Source: Acidimicrobiia bacterium (GTDB lineage Bacteria > Actinomycetota > Acidimicrobiia > Spongiisociales > UBA5794). From it: a stretch of 64,000 nucleotides of DNA. A program made the position numbers and the translations under genes. Of the stretch, positions 1-10,103 are shown piece after piece. Every line of letters begins with the position of its first letter. The stretch's first letter is position 1. The notes beneath the pieces were generated by a model that was not told the DNA's origin, searched no databases, and saw only the letters and a list, made by a program, of their open reading frames with translations. The stretch lies in contig JAOZRW010000005.1 of the NCBI GenBank assembly GCA_029939995.1, positions 8,730 through 72,729 of the forward strand, written 5' to 3'.

Positions 1-1302
1 CTCGAGCGCCGACCACAGGTCATCCCCGTCGGTGTTCCCGTAGGCGTGCTCCTTCAAGTAGTTGCTCACGCCCAGTCGGAATGCCTCCTCACCCAGGTAC
101 TGCTCGAGCATGCGGAGGACGGATGCACCCTTCTCGTAGGTGAGCGAGTCGAACATGGCGTTCGCCTCTTCGGGCGAAGCCACCGGGAACTCGATGGGCC
201 GGGTCGACGCCAACGCGTCGGTCTCCATCGAGTGGGCCCGATCGCTGCTGAAGGTGAGCCACACCTTCCACTCGGGCCGCCAGGCGTCGACGCACTTCAT
301 CGACGCGAACGTGGCGAACGCCTCGTTGAGCCAGATGCCGTTCCACCACTTCATCGTGACGAGGTCGCCGAACCACATGTGCGCGATCTCGTGGGCGATC
401 ACTTCGGCAACTCGCATCATCTCGGTCTGTGTCGCCTTGTTCACGTCGACGAGCAACGCGGTCTCGCGGTAAGTGACCGCACCGAGGTTCTCCATCGCTC
501 CCCACGCGAAGTCGGGGATCGCGATCTTGTCCATCTTCCCGCCCGGATACGGGATGTCGTAGTACTGCGCGTAGTAGCGCAGCGAGTGGGCGGCGATGTC
601 GAGGGCGAACGCCGTGAGATCGCCCTTCCCCGGCGGGTAGGCGATCCGGAGCGGGATCCCGTCGACGTCGACGGTCTCGGTGACCTCGAGCTCGCCGACG
701 ATGAACGCCACGAGGTAGGTGGACATCTTCATCGTGTCGGCGAACCGCACGGCGACCTTGCCGTCGCCGGCCGGGGCCCGTTCGGCCTCCGGGCCGTTCG
801 AGATCACCGTGAGGCCGTCGTCGACGACGAGCGTTATCCCGAAGGTCGCTTTGAGGTCGGGCTCATCCCAGCACGGGAACGCCCGCCGGGCCTCCGTCGC
901 CTCGAACTGCGTCGTCGCGATCGTCTTCTCGTTCCCGTCGGGGTCGGTGTACACGGAGCGATAGAAGCCGCGGAGATCGTCGTTGAGGATCCCGTCGAAA
1001 GAGATCTCGAGCTTCCACGCTCCCGGCTCGATGGCGCCGGGCAAGGTCAGCGTCGAGCGCTCCGCCTCCTCGTCGGTCTCGATGCTCGCCGAGAGACGTT
1101 GACCGGCGTCGTTGAACACCGATGCCGAATGAAGGGTCAGCTCCGCCGTGTTCAAGACGATGTCGGACACGGCTTCGTGAACGTCGATGTCGATGACGAC
1201 GTGGCCACCGAAGCCGGTGGCGTCGAGGTCCGGGGTGAGCGTCAGGTCGTAGTGACTCGGGATGACGGTACGGGGCAGGCGGTAGTCGGCTTCAGACGCC
1301 AC
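1..1302 (-). CDS. pepN: Aminopeptidase N (M1 family metallopeptidase), N-terminal part; gene continues beyond the window's left edge
   Basis: Minus-strand translation gives ...VIAHEIAHMWFGDLVTMKWWNGIWLNEAFATF... (HEXXH + E zinc motif of M1 peptidases) and GAMEN-like GAMENLG motif; GTG start about 1300-1302 with AGGAG 7 nt upstream. The + strand ORF 46..1398 is the antisense artefact. Confidence 0.85.
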   Translation of the reverse strand, partial: MASEADYRLPRTVIPSHYDLTLTPDLDATGFGGHVVIDIDVHEAVSDIVLNTAELTLHSASVFNDAGQRLSASIETDEEAERSTLTLPGAIEPGAWKLEISFDGILNDDLRGFYRSVYTDPDGNEKTIATTQFEATEARRAFPCWDEPDLKATFGITLVVDDGLTVISNGPEAERAPAGDGKVAVRFADTMKMSTYLVAFIVGELEVTETVDVDGIPLRIAYPPGKGDLTAFALDIAAHSLRYYAQYYDIPYPGGKMDKIAIPDFAWGAMENLGAVTYRETALLVDVNKATQTEMMRVAEVIAHEIAHMWFGDLVTMKWWNGIWLNEAFATFASMKCVDAWRPEWKVWLTFSSDRAHSMETDALASTRPIEFPVASPEEANAMFDSLTYEKGASVLRMLEQYLGEEAFRLGVSNYLKEHAYGNTDGDDLWSALE

Positions 1303-1398
1303 AGGTGTGCTCCTCTTCGATGGGTGAACGGTCGAATGGTAACGCCGGTCGGTACCCCGCCCGTTGTCGTGCAGCCACGGGAAGTCCGCTTCCGATAG

Positions 1399-2844
1399 TT
1401 ACGCGGGAACGGAAGGAGCCGGGGTGGCGACGAGATCGAACGTCCGATCGCTCACGTCGATCGTCGCCGAGACTCGATGGGTTCCATTCGTCCACGTCAT
1501 CTCGATCGTGTGGTCGGGTCCGCTACCGAGCACGAACTCCCCGGCGAACGCCGGATGGCCGGTTCGTAACCGCACCAGTTCGAGGATCCGGGCGACGACG
1601 GGTCGCCGGATGGCCCGATCGATCTCCGCGGGAGTGAGAGACGGCCGGTTGATGTCGCGGCCGACGCCGGTTCGCTCGAGGAGCGCCACGTCGTTGGGCG
1701 CTGCGAGCAGGCCGGCGTAGTAGATCTGCGGGACTCCGGGGCTCATGAGTTGGATGAGCCGGGCGATCACGTACGCGTCGTCGTCGCAGCCGAGTGCCGA
1801 GTAGAACGTCGTGTTGACCTGGTAGAGATCGAGGTTGGATGCGGCCGCTCCGGTCGACAGGCGACTCTCACCGTTCGAATGCGCATGGATCTCCTCGACG
1901 AGCGCATCCACCTCCCCGACGGTGAGGAGCCCGGGTCGGGGACCGTCCGGCCCCACGTCGATGATCCCGATGCCGTCGTGGGTGTCGAGGACGGTCACGG
2001 CGTTGCGCGGAGCGACCGTCAGCCACCGGCGCAGCGCACCGGCGGATCCCGTGTAGAGCGTGTGGAGCACGAGGGGTGGGAGGGCGAAGTCGTAGACACG
2101 GTCCACCCGCCGGGCAACGTCTATCTGCGTCTCGTAGTGGGCGTGGATCTCGACGAGCACCTCCATCCCCCGGTCGTGGATCCGCTCGGAGAGGTCGTCG
2201 ATGAACTCGAACGTCTCGGGCGTCATGAAGCAACTCGTCCCCGGCGTCTTGACCGCGTACCCCACCGCGTCGAGACGAACCTGAGCGATGCCGGCGGCGG
2301 CGAGCCGATCGAGGATTCGATCCAGATAGGCGGCACCGGCGGCCGAAGCGACGTCGATGTCGACCTGATGGTCGGTGAACGTGGTCCAGAGGAGTCGTTC
2401 CGCTCCCGCGATCGTGAAGGTCGTGAACGGAGACGTGGGTCTCGGCCGGTAGATGGCGGCCCGTCCCCGGCCGGTCGGTCCGTGCGGGAACACCCCGGCG
2501 ACGTCGAGGAAGAGACCGGCGTAGGGAGATGTATCCCCTCGGATCGCGAAGTCGAGAAACTCTGGAGACTCCGACGACACGTGGTTGACGATGAGGTCGG
2601 CGGTCACGTCGTACGACGCGGCGAGATCGGCCACGTCGAGCCAGGTGCCGAGTCGCGGATCGACCGTCTCGTGGCTCACGGGATCGAAACCGGCGTCGGC
2701 TCCGTCGTACGGCGTGTAGAACGGCAGGAGGTGGATCCCGGTGAAGAGGCCGCCGAACGGCCCGTCCAGCATCGTCCGAACGCCGCGAACGGTTCCGTCA
2801 CCGAACCGGTCGGCGTAGGCGATCAGTTGGGCGCCGTTCCTCAT
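1399..2844 (-). CDS. GH13 sucrose phosphorylase-family glycoside phosphorylase (sucrose / glucosylglycerate phosphorylase-like)
   Basis: 481 aa; N-terminus LIAYADRFGDG...LLPFYTPYDGADAGFDP and overall GH13_18-like layout; substrate cannot be assigned from sequence. Confidence 0.7.
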   Translation of the reverse strand: MRNGAQLIAYADRFGDGTVRGVRTMLDGPFGGLFTGIHLLPFYTPYDGADAGFDPVSHETVDPRLGTWLDVADLAASYDVTADLIVNHVSSESPEFLDFAIRGDTSPYAGLFLDVAGVFPHGPTGRGRAAIYRPRPTSPFTTFTIAGAERLLWTTFTDHQVDIDVASAAGAAYLDRILDRLAAAGIAQVRLDAVGYAVKTPGTSCFMTPETFEFIDDLSERIHDRGMEVLVEIHAHYETQIDVARRVDRVYDFALPPLVLHTLYTGSAGALRRWLTVAPRNAVTVLDTHDGIGIIDVGPDGPRPGLLTVGEVDALVEEIHAHSNGESRLSTGAAASNLDLYQVNTTFYSALGCDDDAYVIARLIQLMSPGVPQIYYAGLLAAPNDVALLERTGVGRDINRPSLTPAEIDRAIRRPVVARILELVRLRTGHPAFAGEFVLGSGPDHTIEMTWTNGTHRVSATIDVSDRTFDLVATPAPSVPA

Positions 2845-2902
2845 GGTCCAGAGCGTAGAGGGAGGTCCGGTCTCGCCGGCGGCCGGTGTCGCTCGGTCGC
2901 CG

Positions 2903-4945
2903 CTACTCGGCGTCCGTGGGGAGTTCCGGCAACCGGAGGATCCACAGGCCGGTGTTGAGATCCGACACGTAGATCAGGTCGTTCTGCACGAACGCCGACC
3001 AGGCGAGCGGCATCGCGATGTTGCCGTTCGGCGCCGCGATCTGCCGACGCGGATCGACCCGGGTGGGGGGCATGAACGACGCAACCTCAGCCGGATGTTC
3101 GGGATCCGAGAGGCTCACGACCCGCAGCCCGCCGGAGAGCCAGACGGCGTAGAGATAGCCGTCGGCGATCACCGCGTCCTGAGGCGCGTAGAGACCGGAG
3201 AGCTCGAGACGACCCTCGGGATCGGGGCGGGCGGCTTCGACGGAGTACGTCGAAACCAGTGTCGGGTCGCCGTCGGTTCCGGATTCGAGGATCACATCGA
3301 CCCCCCACGCCGGCGCGTCGGGCTCGCCCTCGAGGGGATCGACGTCGCGGTGGCCGACGACGAGGAGCTGCCGCTCCCGGTCGTACGCCGTCACGCCGGC
3401 TTGGCCCTCTTGATATCCCATCGAGGCGTCGCGCCCGATGAACTCGGGATGTGACGGGTCGGACAGTTCGAGTACCACGACGCCCGCGTTCCAGTTCGCC
3501 ACGAAGACGCGTTCGCCGTCCGGGTCGATGGTGATGCCCTGGGCTCTGAAGTCTCTCGGATCGTCGCCGTCGAGCACGGCCTCGCGAATCGAAGCCGGGG
3601 CGTCGCGGCGGAAATCCCAGGTTGCGAGTTCGAGCGGCGTCGTGGGAAGGGTGACGTCGATGATCCGCACGTCGCCGCGTGCGTCCGGGTGATCGATGAA
3701 CGAGTTGGGGACCGCGGCGATCACGACGACCCGGTCATCGCCGTTCCACACGTCGAAGCTCGACACGCCGCCCGTCCCGGGGCCGGTCGGGTAGACACCG
3801 AGCGGCATCGGCTCCGCCGGATCGGTCACGTCGTAGAGCACCAAACCCCGGAACGCATCGGCGTCGGCCGTGTCGCAGACCGCGTGTGCAACGATCGCCA
3901 GATCCCCGGAGAATCCGACGGTGTCCACCGCTCCGACCCAGATGGCCTCCGTGCGGGTGCCCGGGCGATCATCGGAGATGGGCGGCAGTTCCACCGGTTC
4001 GGCCGGGTCGGCGACGTCGTATCGACGGACCCCCGTCGATGGGCAGACTTCCGCGTTTCCGTAGGTCCCGAGATAGGCGATGCCGCGATGGGCCGCCACG
4101 GCTGCGTTGAACCCATCGCCCGGATCGATGTGGCCGACGACGTCGAGCCTTGCCGTCACGGGTTCGTCGGTGACCTCGGGGAGGACGTACAACGTGGTGG
4201 GGCTCGACTTCCCCGTCAGCAGGGGGTATGGATTCACGGGTGTCCCATCCGGCATCCGCACCTCGAAGTGGAGATGGGGCGCCGTGGTGGCGGCGTTGCC
4301 GCTCGTGCCGACGAAACCGATCACGTCGCCCGCCGACACGCTGGATCCGACGTCGAGGTCTTCGGGGATCCCCGTCGTCGGCTGCGGGACCGCTTCGTCC
4401 GGACCCGAATCGTCCGGGTCTGCCTCTTCCACGGCGGCCTCATCCGATACGGCGGCCTCATCCGTCACGGCCGCATCGGTCCCGTCGGAGACCGCAGCGT
4501 CGTCCGAGGCTTCATCGGAGACGGCGGCGTCATCCGATGCCGGGGGCGGCGGAGGCGGCGGCGTTTCGTCGTTGTTCAGATGCAGATACCGGGTCGTCCA
4601 TCCGTCGGCGTGGAGGACCTCGATGTACAGACCGGCGAGTCGTCCGGTGTCGATGCGTGAGATGACCCCGTCGGCGGCTGCGAGAACCGGGGTTCCCTTC
4701 GGGGCGCCGATGTCGTTGCCCTGGTGAAGACGTTCGCCCCCGTCGCGGATCGCCCCGAACGTGTCGGAGAACCCGTGGCTCCCCTCCACCGGGAACGTGA
4801 GGCTGAACGGCGGCGTGTAGAGGGAGGGGTCCGCACCTGGGTACCCGTCCGGTTCCTCGGCCGACGCCGGGACGGCGAGCGCCGTGACCATGAGCGCGGA
4901 CGCACCGATCATCGAGAGAGCGCGGACGCGCGCGGACCACTTCAT
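2903..4945 (-). CDS. Secreted M23 (LytM-type) metallopeptidase fused through a Pro/Asp/Ala-rich low-complexity linker to a C-terminal LVIVD-repeat beta-propeller
   Basis: Signal peptide (ALMVTALAVPASA); M23 motifs HQGNDIGAPKGTPV ... PHLHFEV; linker PPPPPPPASDDAAVSDEASDDAAVSD...; C-terminal repeats of type vVvLelSDPshPefiG / LRVVSLSDPEHP typical of LVIVD propellers. Confidence 0.75.
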   Translation of the reverse strand: MKWSARVRALSMIGASALMVTALAVPASAEEPDGYPGADPSLYTPPFSLTFPVEGSHGFSDTFGAIRDGGERLHQGNDIGAPKGTPVLAAADGVISRIDTGRLAGLYIEVLHADGWTTRYLHLNNDETPPPPPPPASDDAAVSDEASDDAAVSDGTDAAVTDEAAVSDEAAVEEADPDDSGPDEAVPQPTTGIPEDLDVGSSVSAGDVIGFVGTSGNAATTAPHLHFEVRMPDGTPVNPYPLLTGKSSPTTLYVLPEVTDEPVTARLDVVGHIDPGDGFNAAVAAHRGIAYLGTYGNAEVCPSTGVRRYDVADPAEPVELPPISDDRPGTRTEAIWVGAVDTVGFSGDLAIVAHAVCDTADADAFRGLVLYDVTDPAEPMPLGVYPTGPGTGGVSSFDVWNGDDRVVVIAAVPNSFIDHPDARGDVRIIDVTLPTTPLELATWDFRRDAPASIREAVLDGDDPRDFRAQGITIDPDGERVFVANWNAGVVVLELSDPSHPEFIGRDASMGYQEGQAGVTAYDRERQLLVVGHRDVDPLEGEPDAPAWGVDVILESGTDGDPTLVSTYSVEAARPDPEGRLELSGLYAPQDAVIADGYLYAVWLSGGLRVVSLSDPEHPAEVASFMPPTRVDPRRQIAAPNGNIAMPLAWSAFVQNDLIYVSDLNTGLWILRLPELPTDAE

Positions 4946-4998
4946 GGCGTCATCGTACTCTCCGGAGCGGCGGATGGCCGCGAAATGGGCCGGGTCGT

Positions 4999-5580
4999 TC
5001 AGCCCTTCTCGGTCTCGCCGGTCTTGACGGAATCGATGTCCTCACCGAGCAGGACCTGGTCGATCGTGGCGGTGAGGAGTTCGAAGGTGACCGGTCCGAT
5101 GACCTTACCCACGACGATTCCCTCTTGATTCACGAAGAACGTCTCCGGGAGCCCGGCGACGCCGTATGCGAACGCACCGCTGGAGTCGTACTCGATGCCG
5201 TAGGTCGTCACCGGGCTTTGTCCGAATCGGTCGAGGAATTCGAGCGCCAGGCCCTTCTCATCGAGCGTGTTCACCTCGAAGAACGTGACACCGAAGTCGG
5301 CGTACCGGGCCGCAGCCTCGGTCAATGCTGGATGCTCCTGACGACATCCGGTGCACCAGGAGGCCCAGAAGTTGACGACGGTGACATCTCCCAGATGATC
5401 GGAGAGCCGAACCTCGCCGTCACCAACCAGGTTCTCCATGACGAGCTCCGGTGCGGGTTTGTCGATCAGCGCGGAGCCCGTGACCGTTGGATCGGTACCG
5501 AGCGTTCCGGCGAGGGCGACCCCGATGACCATGATCACAAGGCCGACGCCGATAACGAGCCAGACGATCCGGTTACTCAC
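4999..5580 (-). CDS. ccmG: Thiol:disulfide interchange protein CcmG/DsbE (TlpA-like thioredoxin fold) for cytochrome c maturation
   Basis: N-terminal TM anchor, then NFWASWCTGCRQEHP (compare E. coli DsbE WATWCPTCRAEH); GTG start overlaps the stop of the upstream ccmI-like gene (GTGA). Confidence 0.8.
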   Translation of the reverse strand: MSNRIVWLVIGVGLVIMVIGVALAGTLGTDPTVTGSALIDKPAPELVMENLVGDGEVRLSDHLGDVTVVNFWASWCTGCRQEHPALTEAAARYADFGVTFFEVNTLDEKGLALEFLDRFGQSPVTTYGIEYDSSGAFAYGVAGLPETFFVNQEGIVVGKVIGPVTFELLTATIDQVLLGEDIDSVKTGETEKG

Positions 5581-6387
5581 GACCGTGCTTCCTCGAGCAT
5601 GGCCGTCGCCTCGGTCCGAACCTCGTCGGGGATCTCCGCGAATGCGAGGAGAGCCTCGAGCGGCTCGATCGCCCCGGCCTTGTTCCCCATGTCGAACCGG
5701 ACGTTCGCGAGGAACCAATACGCCTGGGGGAAGTCGGGGTCGATAGACAGTGCCTTTTCGAAGAACGGCTCCGCCAGCGCAGGCTCATCTGCGATCGATG
5801 TCAGCCACCCGACCCGTACGAGCGCTTCCGTGTTCTCGGGTTCTTGCTCGAGGATGATCATGTAGTGCTCGAGCGCCTTCGAGGTGTTCCCCTCTTCCAG
5901 ATAGAGCTCGGCGAGCGCCATCCGCATGCCGATGACTTCGGGGTTCTCGGCGACCACCGCCTCCATCTCCGCCGCCGAGACCGAGGACATGCCGGGACCG
6001 CTGCCGCCTCCTGCGACCTGCCCTTCCAAGACGTCGGTAGCGATACCGTCCGTCACGTCGGACGCCGGCGTCTGCTCCTGGAGAGAAACAACGGCGATAA
6101 CGGCGATAACGAGCGCTGCCGCACCGACCAGGATGGTGCCGATGATCGCACGACTCTTGGACCGGGGCGCGGCCGCGTCGTTCACGCGGATGACCGAGTC
6201 GTCGGCCGCCTCACTCTCATCGAGTTCGGCCAGTTGCTTCTCGAGCCCGCTTCGCTCCGAGCGATACGACACGCGGAGGCGTTCGGCGGTCGCTTCGTCG
6301 AGTTCACCGACCTCTACCTGTTCATCGATCTCTGCGAGGTCGCGGTCGACCTGAGCGATCTGCTCGGCGATTCGTTCGGATTTCACT
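5577..6387 (-). CDS. ccmI: CcmI/CycH-like cytochrome c biogenesis protein (coiled coil, one TM helix, TPR repeats)
   Basis: GTG start at 6385-6387 with AGGAG 8 nt upstream, overlapping the ccmH stop (GTGA); TM AIIGTILVGAAALVIAVIAVVSL followed by TPR-like ALAELYLEEGNTSKALEHY...ALSIDPDFPQAYWFLANVRF. The longer ORF-track N-terminus (to 6776) is not coding. Confidence 0.55.
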
Positions 6388-6823
6388 GTTTGTCTCCTAC
6401 GGGTTCGGTGTTCTTGCGGCGGAGTCCGAAAATGGCGGCTGCGCCGATGATGAGGACTGCGACCGGGAGGGCCCACAACATGACGCCCCATCCCGTACTC
6501 GGTGGGTCGAGTAGCACCTGCTCTCCGTACGCCGCGACGAAGGAGTCGATGATTTCCTCGTCCGTCCGTCCTGCGGCGATCTCCGCGTCGATTCGGGCTC
6601 TCAAGTCCTTCGCGAGGTCCGTCTGCGATCCGGCGAGGGACTCCCCGGCGCAGATCGGGCATTTCAGGGAGATGGCCAGGTTGTACGCCCGGGCCTCCGG
6701 ATCCTCGGGCCCCGTCTCGCCGGGCCAGAGGCTGACGACGAGCACACCGAGGGCGATCACGGGCACGATCAGCCATACGAGCCCACGGCGGCGTTCAGAC
6801 ATCTGCGTTCTCTCGGTGTGCAC
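6383..6823 (-). CDS. ccmH: Cytochrome c-type biogenesis protein CcmH
   Basis: LKCPICAGESLAGSQTDLAKDLR matches CcmH LRCPxCxxxSIADS motif; N- and C-terminal TM segments. Alternative ATG at 6802 (MSERRR) would overlap the ccmF stop by 8 nt instead of 29 nt. Confidence 0.8.
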   Translation of the reverse strand: MHTERTQMSERRRGLVWLIVPVIALGVLVVSLWPGETGPEDPEARAYNLAISLKCPICAGESLAGSQTDLAKDLRARIDAEIAAGRTDEEIIDSFVAAYGEQVLLDPPSTGWGVMLWALPVAVLIIGAAAIFGLRRKNTEPVGDKQ

Positions 6824-8836
6824 GATCCTTTGACGTCACGGACCGCCTGCCGGGTTTCCTCCCGAACGCGAGAACTCCACCGGCAACGATCGTGAGGCCG
6901 CCCAGCCACAACAGCCACTGCAGCGGGAAGATCAAGACCTTCAGTCGAATCCCGTCCTCGTCGATGGCGGCGATGTTCAGGTAGACGTCGTCGATCCACG
7001 TCGTCCAGACCTGGGGCGTCGCGATCGTCTGCCCGAACTTCGGGTATTCGTGGAGCCGCGGTTCGAGGATCGCTCTCGTCGTCGTACACGACGAATCGAG
7101 GATCGCCACCCTGGCGCCCTGGACGCTCCGCGTCGGCTCCGAGCGCGTGAACGGCTCGATGTAGCCGATGCAGTAGCCCTCGACGACGGCGGTCTCCCCG
7201 ACGGCGAGTGGCACCTCGGTGCGGATCGCGAGGACGGACGTCGTAGCGATCGCCACGGCGACGAGGGCGAAACCGATGTGCGCGACCTGGCCGCCCCAGA
7301 ACCCCATGTCGTTGCGGATCGTCGACCCGAGTGCCGACGGCCACGCCTTCCCCCCTCGGTGGGCCCGATTCGACTGGTGCCCGTAGAACGCGAGGATGTT
7401 CCCGATCACGAATCCGGCGAGTCCGACGGCTGCAACCACGGTGACCGAACGGACCCCGACGAGGACGGTGACGGCTGCTGCGACGAGGCCGACGTTCAAC
7501 CCGACCCGCGTCCGCTCCCAGATGACCTTGCCGGTCGCGACCCTCCACGGCGCGGTCGATCCGAACCCCAACGCGAGGAGAACCAGGAACGCGATCGGCA
7601 CGGCGATGCGGTCGAAGAAGGGCCGACCGACGGCTACCTCCCTCCCGGTGAACGCCTCGACGAGAAGCGGGTACAGGGTTCCGAACATGACGGTGAACCC
7701 GAACAGTGTCATCAGCAGGTTGTTGAGCAGGATGAAGCCTTCGCGCGACACGAGCGAATCGAGCCGTGGAGACGACGCGACCGTGCTCGCTCGCACCGCG
7801 AACAACGCCAGCGACCCGAAGACGATGATCCCGAGGAACAGCAGCAGCAACGGCCCCACAGCGGAGACGCTGAAGGCGTGTACCGAGGCGATCACGCCCG
7901 AGCGCGTGAGGAAGGTCCCGAATATGGTGAGAGCGAACGTGATGATGACCAGCACGAAGTTCCATGCCTGGAGCATCCCCCTCCGACGCTGAACGATCGC
8001 TGAGTGGATGAATGCCGTCCCGGCCGCCCATGGAAGCAGGGCAGCGTTCTCCACCGGGTCCCACGCCCAGTAGCCGCCCCAGCCGAGGACCTCATAACTC
8101 CACCACGCTCCGAGGAGGATGCCTGCGGTCAGAAAGACCCAGGCCACGAGCGACCATCGATGGGTCCGTCCGAGCCAGACGCTCCCTCTCTCCGACCGGA
8201 AGAGCGCCGCGATCGCAAAGGCGAACGGCACGGTGAAGCCGACGTAGCCGACGTAGAGCAGCGGAGGGTGGACGGCCATCAGGATGTGGTTCGCGAGAAG
8301 CGGGTTCGGACCGATTCCGTCCAACGGCGCGGCCGTCTGGACGAACGGCAGCCACGATGTCGCGCCGCAGAAGCCGCCTGCGACGTCGGTGCAGACCTCG
8401 AACGGATTCGCGGCGGTGGCCATCAGGCCGAACCAGAACACGGCAACGGCCCCCATGACGCCGAGAGCGAGCACGCCGAGGCCGTCGCCGTTCGTGACAC
8501 CGCGCCAAACGAGCCACGTGAAGATCGCGAGCATGAGCCCCCAGAGCACGACGCTCCCGGCGAGGGCTGCCCATCCACCGGCGAGGAGGAACACGAACGG
8601 CGTATCGAGCGCCGTGTTCTTCGCGACGTACGTGATCGAGAAATCGTGCGTCAAGATCGCGAATTCGAGCAGAACGAACGCCGAGATGCCGCCGATCGTC
8701 AGGCCGATGACCGGGATCTTGAGTCGAGACGGGTCGGGGTCCGGCATTCTCGAGACCCGCCAACCCTGGATGGCGAGGGCAACGGATGATGCGAGAGCGA
8801 CGAGGATCGAGACGAATCCGGCGGAGGCGATCACGC
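6795..8836 (-). CDS. ccmF: Cytochrome c-type biogenesis heme lyase CcmF
   Basis: About 680 aa polytopic membrane protein with CcmF/NrfE-like WWD region (GWGGYWAWDPVENAALLPW) and conserved His; GTG start at 8834 overlaps the ccmE stop (GTGA). The ORF-track N-terminal 135 aa are out-of-gene read-through. Confidence 0.9.
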
Positions 8837-9250
8837 CTGGTCCGATCCGTCCCCGAAGGGGTGCTCGGGATCGTACGTGCCCTCGTCGGTGCTGTACGTC
8901 TCGTCGTGTTTGACGAGCATCGTGTCGGAGTGGAACAAACTCCCGTCCCACGTGCCTTCGACCACGACGCCGATGCCCTCCTGGAAGAGCTGTTGAGGCG
9001 CCCCGACGTACACGACGTCGACGGTCTCGCGCCCGTCGGTCACCTCGAAGGTCACGCCCGTCGTCGTGTCGGCCACGGTTCCCGGAACGACCTGTCCGCC
9101 GAGGCGGAGCCGCGCATCGGTCGGCCCTTGCTCGGTCAGTTCGGTCGGCGTGTTGAAGTACACGAGGCTCGAACTGAGGCTGACGACGAGAACGGCGATC
9201 ACCACGACGACGACGCCCGCGGGCACGATGAACTTCCAATAGCGCTTCAC
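8831..9250 (-). CDS. ccmE: Heme chaperone CcmE
   Basis: 139 aa, N-terminal TM anchor then OB-fold FNTPTEL...RLGGQVVPGTV...FEVTDG...VVYVGAPQQLFQEGIGVVVEGTW, characteristic CcmE; GTG start overlaps the ccmD stop (GTGA). Confidence 0.9.
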   Translation of the reverse strand: MKRYWKFIVPAGVVVVVIAVLVVSLSSSLVYFNTPTELTEQGPTDARLRLGGQVVPGTVADTTTGVTFEVTDGRETVDVVYVGAPQQLFQEGIGVVVEGTWDGSLFHSDTMLVKHDETYSTDEGTYDPEHPFGDGSDQA

Positions 9251-9369
9251 TCAGCGTCTCCGATGCTCTTCCGGGCGTTCCTGATCCGTATCGCTATCGA
9301 CGTTGCATACACCGCGAGGCTCCCGTAGGCGACTCCGTAGGCGAACGCCACCCATCCCCATTCGCTCAT
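9247..9369 (-). CDS. ccmD: Heme exporter protein CcmD (40 aa)
   Basis: MSEWGWVAFAYGVAYGSLAVYATSIAIRIRNARKSIGDAE: single TM helix small protein in the canonical position between ccmC and ccmE; ATG shares one nt with the ccmC stop (TGATG). Confidence 0.6.
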   Translation of the reverse strand: MSEWGWVAFAYGVAYGSLAVYATSIAIRIRNARKSIGDAE

Positions 9370-10103
9370 CAAGTGGCCCCCAGTTCTGGAGCGGTGACGG
9401 CCTCCCCGGCGACGGGTCGTTCGATCGACTGCTCGATCTGGAGGCGCCGTTCGTCGAGGTGTATCAACTCGATACGCTTCACCATCAGGGCGACGTACAC
9501 AACGGTGAACGCGATCACACCGATGATCAGCGCGGTGAGCATCAGCGGATCCTGGATCGCCGGGCCGTCCGGCTTGATGAGCGACGGCGGTTGGTGGAGC
9601 GTGCGCCACCACACGACGGAGAAGTGAACGAGCGGGATCTGGATCGCCCCGAGCACACCGAGCACCGACGACCTCGATGCTCTGGCGATCGGATCGTCGG
9701 TCGTCCTCCGCAAAGCGAGGTATCCGAGGTAGACGAAGAACATGATGAAGGTGAACGTGAGCCGGGCGTCCCAGGTCCACCAGACACCCCACGTCGGCTT
9801 CGCCCAGATCATCCCGAGGGAGAGCGCGAGGCCGGTGAAGTAGACGCCGATCTCCGCGCTGGCTGCGGCGATCCGGTCCCACTTGAGATTCTTGGTCACG
9901 AGGTAGGCGACGCTTCCGACGAACGTCACGAAGAACGCGGTGTAGGCGAGCCACGCGGATGGGACGTGCACGTACATGATCCGGACCAGATCACCCTGGA
10001 CCGAGTCCGCGGGGCTGATCATCGAGAGCGTGAACGCCACGGCCAGCGAGAGCGCTATCACCACCCAGGGCCACCGTCGAATTCGCACCTGCGGCTCCAT
10101 CAT
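9369..10103 (-). CDS. ccmC: Heme exporter protein CcmC
   Basis: 244 aa, starts MMEPQVRIRRWPW...; WWD domain WGVWWTWDARLTFTF; ATG overlaps the ccmB stop (ATGA). Confidence 0.9.
   Translation of the reverse strand: MMEPQVRIRRWPWVVIALSLAVAFTLSMISPADSVQGDLVRIMYVHVPSAWLAYTAFFVTFVGSVAYLVTKNLKWDRIAAASAEIGVYFTGLALSLGMIWAKPTWGVWWTWDARLTFTFIMFFVYLGYLALRRTTDDPIARASRSSVLGVLGAIQIPLVHFSVVWWRTLHQPPSLIKPDGPAIQDPLMLTALIIGVIAFTVVYVALMVKRIELIHLDERRLQIEQSIERPVAGEAVTAPELGAT

Noticed and set aside
46-1398. 450-aa plus-strand ORF covering the left end of the window
   Set aside because: Its translation is Arg/Gly/Val-rich nonsense typical of antisense frames in high-GC DNA; the minus strand here encodes a well-conserved M1 aminopeptidase (HEIAHMWFGD...E motif).
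4400-4560. Imperfect DNA tandem repeats (gcctcatccgatacggcggcctcatccgtcacggc...)
   Set aside because: They encode the low-complexity Asp/Ala/Val/Ser linker of the M23-LVIVD protein; not an independent repeat element.
1750-4660. Long plus-strand ORFs (1750..2958, 2843..3454, 3689..4660, 4080..4727) opposite the GH13 and M23-LVIVD genes
   Set aside because: Antisense open frames produced by GC3-rich coding on the other strand; no motifs, implausible composition.
7050-8789. Plus-strand ORFs 7050..8003, 7396..7992, 8004..8789 inside ccmF
   Set aside because: Antisense to a strongly supported CcmF; highly charged low-complexity translations.
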